Below are positions 26,281-31,606 of a stretch of DNA of 31,606 bases, piece by piece. The stretch lies in the NCBI GenBank assembly GCA_003564775.1, contig PXEI01000170.1, positions 1-31,606 on the forward strand, given 5' to 3'. Source of the DNA: Spirochaetaceae bacterium (GTDB lineage: Bacteria; Spirochaetota; Spirochaetia; DSM-27196; SLAA01). Position 1 is the stretch's first letter; every line of letters begins with the position of its first letter. Both the position numbers and the translations under genes were made by a program. The notes under the pieces are model-generated. The model searched no databases. It was not told the DNA's origin and saw only the letters and a list, made by a program, of their open reading frames with translations.

Positions 26281-27255
26281 ATGTCTGAACGAAATGTGAC
26301 GCCGCCGAAGCTGCCGTTTACAATCAAACCTAAACTCATCGTGTTCGCTCTGATTGTAATTGCTGTTATCGGTGTCGCTACGACCAGTGTTTTTATTGTT
26401 GACCAGACCGAGCAGAGCGTTGTGCTACTGCTGGGTGAGTATAACCGTACCGTTGGCCCAGGACTGCAGTTTAAACTGCCCTTCGGTATTGAGTCCGCGT
26501 ATAACGTACCTACCCAGGTGCTCCAGAACGCCAGTTTTGGGTTCCGTACTACCTCTCCGGGGGTAACCACGCGGTATGACGACCGGGACTACCCCGAAGA
26601 GTCAATCATGCTGACCGGTGATCTGAACATTGTTGATGTTGAGTGGATCATTCAGTTTCGCATTGACGACCCGGTGAAGTGGCTCTTTGAGGTGCAGGAT
26701 CAAACCAAGACGATCCGCGACATCTCACAGTCGGTTGTCAACCAGCTTGTGGGTGACCGCGCCATTCTGGACGTTATAGGCAGTGAACGCAGCAACATTG
26801 AGCTGCAGGCACTTGAGATGAAGAACAATATTCTTAATAGTTACGATATTGGCGTCCGAGTCATGCAGGTACGTCTGCAGAACATTGTTCCACCGGTCGG
26901 CCGTGTGCAGGACGCCTTTGAGGACGTCAACCGTGCGGTACAGGACATGAACCGCCTCATTAACGAGGGCCGCGAGCAATACAATCGTGAGATTCCCCGC
27001 ACACGTGGGCAGGCTCAGCGTCTGGTGCAGGAAGCTGGCGGTTACGCTACAGAGCGTGTTAACCGCTCTCGTGGTGATGCCGCGCGTTTTGAAGCGGTGC
27101 TCGGCGAGTACGCTGCCGCCCCGGCAACTACCCGCACACGTCTCTACATTGAAATGATGGAAGACCTCTTCATGGAGGATGATGGCACACTGTTGATTGA
27201 CCGTGAACTTGACAACTTCCTGCCGCTCCTGAATATGCAAGGAGGTTCACAGTGA
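26281..27255 (+). CDS. hflK: FtsH protease modulator HflK
   Basis: N-terminal TM, GPGLQFKLPFGIE, MLTGDLNIVDVEWIIQF, V..AFEDVNRA.QD and IPRTRGQA..A.GY SPFH motifs. Confidence 0.93.
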   Translation: MSERNVTPPKLPFTIKPKLIVFALIVIAVIGVATTSVFIVDQTEQSVVLLLGEYNRTVGPGLQFKLPFGIESAYNVPTQVLQNASFGFRTTSPGVTTRYDDRDYPEESIMLTGDLNIVDVEWIIQFRIDDPVKWLFEVQDQTKTIRDISQSVVNQLVGDRAILDVIGSERSNIELQALEMKNNILNSYDIGVRVMQVRLQNIVPPVGRVQDAFEDVNRAVQDMNRLINEGREQYNREIPRTRGQAQRLVQEAGGYATERVNRSRGDAARFEAVLGEYAAAPATTRTRLYIEMMEDLFMEDDGTLLIDRELDNFLPLLNMQGGSQ

Positions 27256-28247
27256 TGCGAAAACTCATGAGTGTAGGCACGGTTGTTGTTGTGCTTGCTG
27301 TTGTATTTTTTATGTTAGGGCCGCTCTACGTCATTGACGAAGGTGAACAGGCAGTCATTACCCGTTTTGGTGAGATCATCTCCAGTGAGACTACCGCCGG
27401 GCTGAAGTTCAAGATGCCGGTAATCGACACCGTCGTCCGATATCCCCGTCGACTACTCAGCTGGGACGGCGACCCTCGTCGAATTCCTACCTCGGAAGGC
27501 CAGTTTATCTGGATTGATACTACCGCGCGTTGGAAGGTTTCGGATCCTGCTCGCTTCTATGAGTCGGTCACCACGTTGCAGTCAGGTTATGCCCGACTTG
27601 ACGACGTAATTGAGAGTGCGGTACGTACCATTATTGCCGACAATCCACTTGTTGAGGCCGTGCGAGACTCCAACATCATAAACGAGCTCGAGCGGGACGT
27701 TGTTGCCGTCGGCGGTGAAGCCGAGGCCGAAGAACTCGCTGAGTTTGAAGACATGGAAGAGCTTGAGATGGGCACCGACTTTCCCGATATTCGCAAAGGC
27801 AGACGTGCGCTTTCAAACGAGATGTTTAACAGCGCGGCAGCGACTACCCAGGACTTTGGTGTTGAACTCATTGATATTATTGTCCGGCAAATTCGCTACT
27901 CTGACGACCTCACCGAGAGTGTCTACGACCGAATGGTGTCCGAACGTAACCGTGAGGCCCAGTTTTTCCGTTCGACCGGTGAGGGCCGTAAGGAAGAGAT
28001 CCTTGGACAACTAGACCAGGAACGCCGGACTATTCTTTCAGGAGCCTATGAAGAGGCAGAGCGTATTCGCGGTGCCGCAGATGCAGAGGCCGCAGCTATC
28101 TACTCCGCAGCCTACCAAAGCGACCCTGAGTTCTTCCAGTTCTGGCGGTCAATTGAGTCATACCGGGGAACCTTGCCGAATCTGCGCAAGACCCTCACTA
28201 CCGACTCAGACTATTTCCGTTTTCTGCACCGCGAACTTGGGCAGTAA
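27252..28247 (+). CDS. hflC: FtsH protease modulator HflC
   Basis: VITRFGEI, GLKFKMP, IWIDTTARWK, VYDRMVSER and AY..DPEFFQFWRSIESY. Start is GTG 27252 or ATG 27255. Confidence 0.93.
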   Translation: MMRKLMSVGTVVVVLAVVFFMLGPLYVIDEGEQAVITRFGEIISSETTAGLKFKMPVIDTVVRYPRRLLSWDGDPRRIPTSEGQFIWIDTTARWKVSDPARFYESVTTLQSGYARLDDVIESAVRTIIADNPLVEAVRDSNIINELERDVVAVGGEAEAEELAEFEDMEELEMGTDFPDIRKGRRALSNEMFNSAAATTQDFGVELIDIIVRQIRYSDDLTESVYDRMVSERNREAQFFRSTGEGRKEEILGQLDQERRTILSGAYEEAERIRGAADAEAAAIYSAAYQSDPEFFQFWRSIESYRGTLPNLRKTLTTDSDYFRFLHRELGQ

Positions 28248-28274
28248 GGCTTGAGCGAGGTAGAGTGAACTATT

Positions 28275-29807
28275 ATGGCGTATAAGCCGTTATCACAGCT
28301 CATTGACGGGATAGACCTTCTATCCCGTCAGGGCAATGCAGACCCGGTCATTAAACAAGTTGCCTACGACTCCCGCAAGGTAGAACGTGGAACACTTTTT
28401 GTGGCTATTCCTGGTGACCATGTTGACGGTCACACCTTTATCGGTGAAGCCATTAAGCGCGGCGCGGCAGCGGTGTTGTACTCAGACTCCTCGGCCGATG
28501 TTTCCAAGGCTCCGGTGGCTCTTCAGGTGGCGGAGTCCCGCCCCGCCCTTTCCCGAATTGCTTCCGCCTATTACGGCCACCCTTCTCATAAACTTCAGGT
28601 AGTTGGTGTTACCGGTACCGACGGCAAAAGCAGCACGGTGTACTTCATACATCAGCTGCTGGAGGCAGTTGGCGCTTCATCTGGTTTTGTATCTACCGTC
28701 GCAATGAACACCAGCGGAAAGACCGGGAAGAACGACCTGCGGCAGTCTACGCCCGAGGCGCCGGAAATTCAGGCTGCCCTGGCCGATATGCTGTCCGCTG
28801 GCAAGAGCTATGCGGTACTTGAGGCGACATCCCACGGCCTCTCCGAGCGCACCTCACGCCTTGCGAACGTGCGCTTTCAAATGGGTGTGTTTACTAACTT
28901 GAGCCACGAACACCTTGAGTTCCACGGCAGCATGGAGCAGTACCGCAGCGCCAAAGGCAATCTCTTCCGTGCCTTGAGCGAAACACCAGGGGGCGCGGCA
29001 ATTCTCAACGCCGACGACGAAGCCTCGCGGTACTTCTCTCAACTCTCGCCGGTACCCTGCGCCTACTACTCTACAGCAGGCGCAGCCGATGCTGAGCTAC
29101 GGGTAGAAGACCACGATAGCGATATGCAAGGTAGTCGCTTTAGCTTATTTGACCGCAAGTCCAAGAGCACCCATGCAGTTAACCTGCCGCTTGTTGGGGC
29201 CTTTAACATTGACAATGCTTTGGCCGCGGTTTTGTGCGTCTCACGGCTGCTTGATATGCCGATACCGGAACTCATTCCCCACCTGGAAAAACTAGAGCCG
29301 GTTACCGGACGGATGACATCCATCCCTACCGACGGTTCTTTTCACCTGATAGTCGATTACGCGCACACGCCCGGCTCCTTTGCGACGGTGCTACCCATGA
29401 TTAAGCAGTACACCAAGGGACGCCTGATAGTGGTTTTTGGCTCGGCTGGCGAGCGTGACCGTGCTAAGCGCCCGATACAGGGCGAACTTGCCGCCCGTTT
29501 TGCCGATATCGTCATCCTGACCGACGAAGACCCACGAGGTGAAGACTCGGATCTTGTCATCTCGGAAATAGCCGCCGGATGTCGCAAAGAGCGCCCCAAC
29601 TGGAAAGAAGGGCACGAACTCTTGCGAGTGGTCAACCGCCGAGCAGCAATTGAGACGGCGGTAGAGCTTGCCGAAAAAAACGATACCGTTTTACTATTGG
29701 GCAAAGGTCACGAAGGGAGCATTATCTATGCCGACGGCCCGCAGCCTTGGAACGAGATAGAGATCGCCAGGGAGTTGGCACAGTCCAGAGCGGCGGTACT
29801 CAAGTAG
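28275..29807 (+). CDS. murE: UDP-N-acetylmuramoyl-L-alanyl-D-glutamate--diamino acid ligase
   Basis: YDSRKV, VGVTGTDGKSST, STPEA, LEATSHGL, FTNLSHEHLEFH, VDYAHTP, VFGSAGERD..KR, TDEDPR and LLGKGHE. Confidence 0.95.
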   Translation: MAYKPLSQLIDGIDLLSRQGNADPVIKQVAYDSRKVERGTLFVAIPGDHVDGHTFIGEAIKRGAAAVLYSDSSADVSKAPVALQVAESRPALSRIASAYYGHPSHKLQVVGVTGTDGKSSTVYFIHQLLEAVGASSGFVSTVAMNTSGKTGKNDLRQSTPEAPEIQAALADMLSAGKSYAVLEATSHGLSERTSRLANVRFQMGVFTNLSHEHLEFHGSMEQYRSAKGNLFRALSETPGGAAILNADDEASRYFSQLSPVPCAYYSTAGAADAELRVEDHDSDMQGSRFSLFDRKSKSTHAVNLPLVGAFNIDNALAAVLCVSRLLDMPIPELIPHLEKLEPVTGRMTSIPTDGSFHLIVDYAHTPGSFATVLPMIKQYTKGRLIVVFGSAGERDRAKRPIQGELAARFADIVILTDEDPRGEDSDLVISEIAAGCRKERPNWKEGHELLRVVNRRAAIETAVELAEKNDTVLLLGKGHEGSIIYADGPQPWNEIEIARELAQSRAAVLK

Positions 29808-29838
29808 ATTACTACTGCCGGGGTGAAGGAGAAGTTGC

Positions 29839-30933
29839 ATGAGTTTACGCTGCGCCTTGCTGTACGGAGGCAAATCGGGCGAGCACGAGGTCTCTTTACA
29901 GTCGGCAGCCTCGGTCTTCCGTAATATTGACCGGAGCCGTTTTGAACCAACTCTCATTGGAATTGCAAAGAGCGGTCGCTGGTATCTGCAACCGCACTCG
30001 GTTCACGAGTCCGGCATGGAACCGGACACAGCGCTCCCACTCGTTGAAGACCCCGCGCTCACTGTCGACTGTCGCCCGGGCATTGGTTTGTTCTGCAAAC
30101 AGGAAGCGTTACAACTGGATGTTGTGTTCCCGGTGCTCCATGGCTCACTGGGCGAAGACGGGACGGTTCAGGGCCTACTCGAGGTCGTTGAGCTGCCTTA
30201 CGTTGGGGCCGGGGTGCTTGGCAGCTCGGTCGGAATGGATAAGGACCTGGTCAAGCACCTATGGCGCGCCCATGGCATCCCAACTCTTGACAGCCTGACG
30301 GCCTCTGCCGTTGAGTTGGATTCTGAAGACAAGCTTCAAGACTTCACAGCACTGTGCACTGAGTCATTCGGACCGGTGCTCTTTGTAAAACCTGCCCGCA
30401 CAGGTAGCTCGGTTGGGATCACCAAGACGCATGTTCCAAGCGAAGTTGGGCCCGCTATTCGAAACGCACTCAAATACGACACGAAAGTACTCATTGAGCC
30501 TTCCCGACCTGTTCGCGAGATCGAAATCTCGGTGATTGGAAACGGTGACCCCCATGCCTTCCCTCCGGGTGAGGTAGTCCCTAGCCATGAGTTCTACGAC
30601 TATGATGCAAAGTATCTGGATCCCGACGGTGCAAAGCTCGTGGTTCCTGCGAACTTAGAGTCCTCGGTCATGGAGAAGGCCCGCGCAGTCGCTGAGGCCG
30701 CGTATAGCGCGGCCGCCTGTGAGGGAATGGCCAGAGTCGACTTGTTTTTGCTTCAGGATTCTCAGGAACTGGTTGTTAACGAGATCAACACTATTCCGGG
30801 CTTCACGCGCATAAGCATGTTCCCTCGAATGTGCTCAGCAGCCGGACTGGCATACCCGGAACTGATTTCTAGCCTTATTGATCTTGCGCTGGAACGGGAA
30901 AAAGTGCGCGCATCTTTGCGATACGAACGGTAG
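29839..30933 (+). CDS. ddl: D-alanine--D-alanine ligase
   Basis: LYGGKSGEHEVSLQSA, FPVLHGSLGEDG.VQG, VKPA..GSSVGI, FYDYDAKY, ARVDLF and NEINTIPGFT..SMFP; SD AAGGAG. Confidence 0.95.
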   Translation: MSLRCALLYGGKSGEHEVSLQSAASVFRNIDRSRFEPTLIGIAKSGRWYLQPHSVHESGMEPDTALPLVEDPALTVDCRPGIGLFCKQEALQLDVVFPVLHGSLGEDGTVQGLLEVVELPYVGAGVLGSSVGMDKDLVKHLWRAHGIPTLDSLTASAVELDSEDKLQDFTALCTESFGPVLFVKPARTGSSVGITKTHVPSEVGPAIRNALKYDTKVLIEPSRPVREIEISVIGNGDPHAFPPGEVVPSHEFYDYDAKYLDPDGAKLVVPANLESSVMEKARAVAEAAYSAAACEGMARVDLFLLQDSQELVVNEINTIPGFTRISMFPRMCSAAGLAYPELISSLIDLALEREKVRASLRYER

Positions 30934-31005
30934 TTGTGCGGCGAGCCTTGGGTCGGAATGCTCCGGGCCAGTCAGCAACACAACGCCCCTTCCCTCTGAC
31001 GCTCC

Positions 31006-31515
31006 CTACCAGTGCTCGTACGATACAATACGGTTCATGCTGAGACGCTGCTCGCCCTCGGTGTGGCCCGCCGGGTGCCCAATAAGCAACAGCATAACCA
31101 CCCTCATTGAGTAAGGAACCGAAAGCAACGACTTAATCTCTTGTTCACGAAACGTGGTAACACAACAGGAGCCGAGATCCTCTTCCGCAGCCTGGAGCAT
31201 CATGAAGGCCGAGGCAATGCCCAGATCAACCGGATAGGAAAGTTGTCCATTTGGCATTTTGTACTCAATGTTGGTGGTACACAACGCAATGACTACCGGA
31301 GCACGCCCAACGTACTCCTGACCGAAACTGGCGTTCTCGAGTTCCTTGCGGGTTGCAGCGTTACGAACCACAACATAACGCCATGCCTGACGATTCTTCG
31401 CCGACGGCGCCTGACGTCCGGCTTCGAGGATTCGTTCAAGCTTTTCCGGGTCTACCTCTTGATCGGTAAAATCCCGTACGCTGACACGTTTTTGAATTGC
31501 CTGGAGTAACTCCAT
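31006..31515 (-). CDS. Nitroreductase family protein
   Basis: IQKRVSVRDF, ILEAGRQAPSAKNRQAW, DLGIASAFMMLQA...LGSC and LLLIGHP. Confidence 0.9.
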   Translation of the reverse strand: MELLQAIQKRVSVRDFTDQEVDPEKLERILEAGRQAPSAKNRQAWRYVVVRNAATRKELENASFGQEYVGRAPVVIALCTTNIEYKMPNGQLSYPVDLGIASAFMMLQAAEEDLGSCCVTTFREQEIKSLLSVPYSMRVVMLLLIGHPAGHTEGEQRLSMNRIVSYEHW

Positions 31516-31539
31516 ATTTTCCCTCGCTTCCGACGGCGC

Positions 31540-31569
31540 TTGACCAAACTATGCCCAAATCCCTATTCT
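31540..31569 (+). promoter_or_regulatory. Possible sigma70 promoter for a gene beyond the window end
   Basis: TTGACC (31540-31545), N18, TATTCT (31564-31569), divergent from the nitroreductase gene. Confidence 0.4.
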
Positions 31570-31606
31570 AGCATAGGAATGCACAATCGTTATCTACGTA
31601 TCGTAC

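Noticed and set aside
5585-27240. Long alternative ORFs (e.g. 5585-6055 +, 9401-9874 -, 12936-13409 -, 25252-25758 +, 26725-27240 -)
   Set aside because: They lie within or almost wholly within well-supported genes, lack SD or family motifs, and are expected shadow ORFs in GC-rich coding DNA.
30934-31005. Intrinsic terminator between the convergent ddl and nitroreductase genes
   Set aside because: No convincing GC stem with a U-tract on either strand.

Overview
Gene-dense chromosomal window, most likely from a free-living Spirochaetales bacterium (inference from a FabV/Ter reductase, the murD/Fem/metG and hflKC/murE/ddl blocks, a MurE DEDPR motif and tandem Maf-like genes). It holds about 25 CDS, mostly housekeeping. 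Order: a partial hyper-acidic protein; an unknown gene split by an A10 run; two Maf/DUF115 genes; amrB (MEMO); a membrane protein with a degenerate GGDEF-like domain; a GldA/F/G-like ABC set; rnz; fabV; an 8-gene coupled run (HisD-like, folC, NFACT, amrA, two unknowns, murD, add); a Fem-family ligase; metG; hflK, hflC, murE, ddl; and a nitroreductase. I saw no rRNA, tRNA, CRISPR array or mobile element. The best lead is at 748-1799. A start codon overlapping the upstream stop (TAATG) opens a short ORF that runs into G-A10-C followed by a 10-bp stem-loop. A -1 shift there joins it to the long downstream frame (350 aa), whose end overlaps the start of the maf pair. This could be programmed frameshifting, transcriptional slippage or phase variation, but a homopolymer sequencing error is not excluded. 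The second lead is an orphan HisD homologue with several substituted metal/substrate-site residues, coupled to folC. All family calls come from motif recognition by eye; no database search was run.
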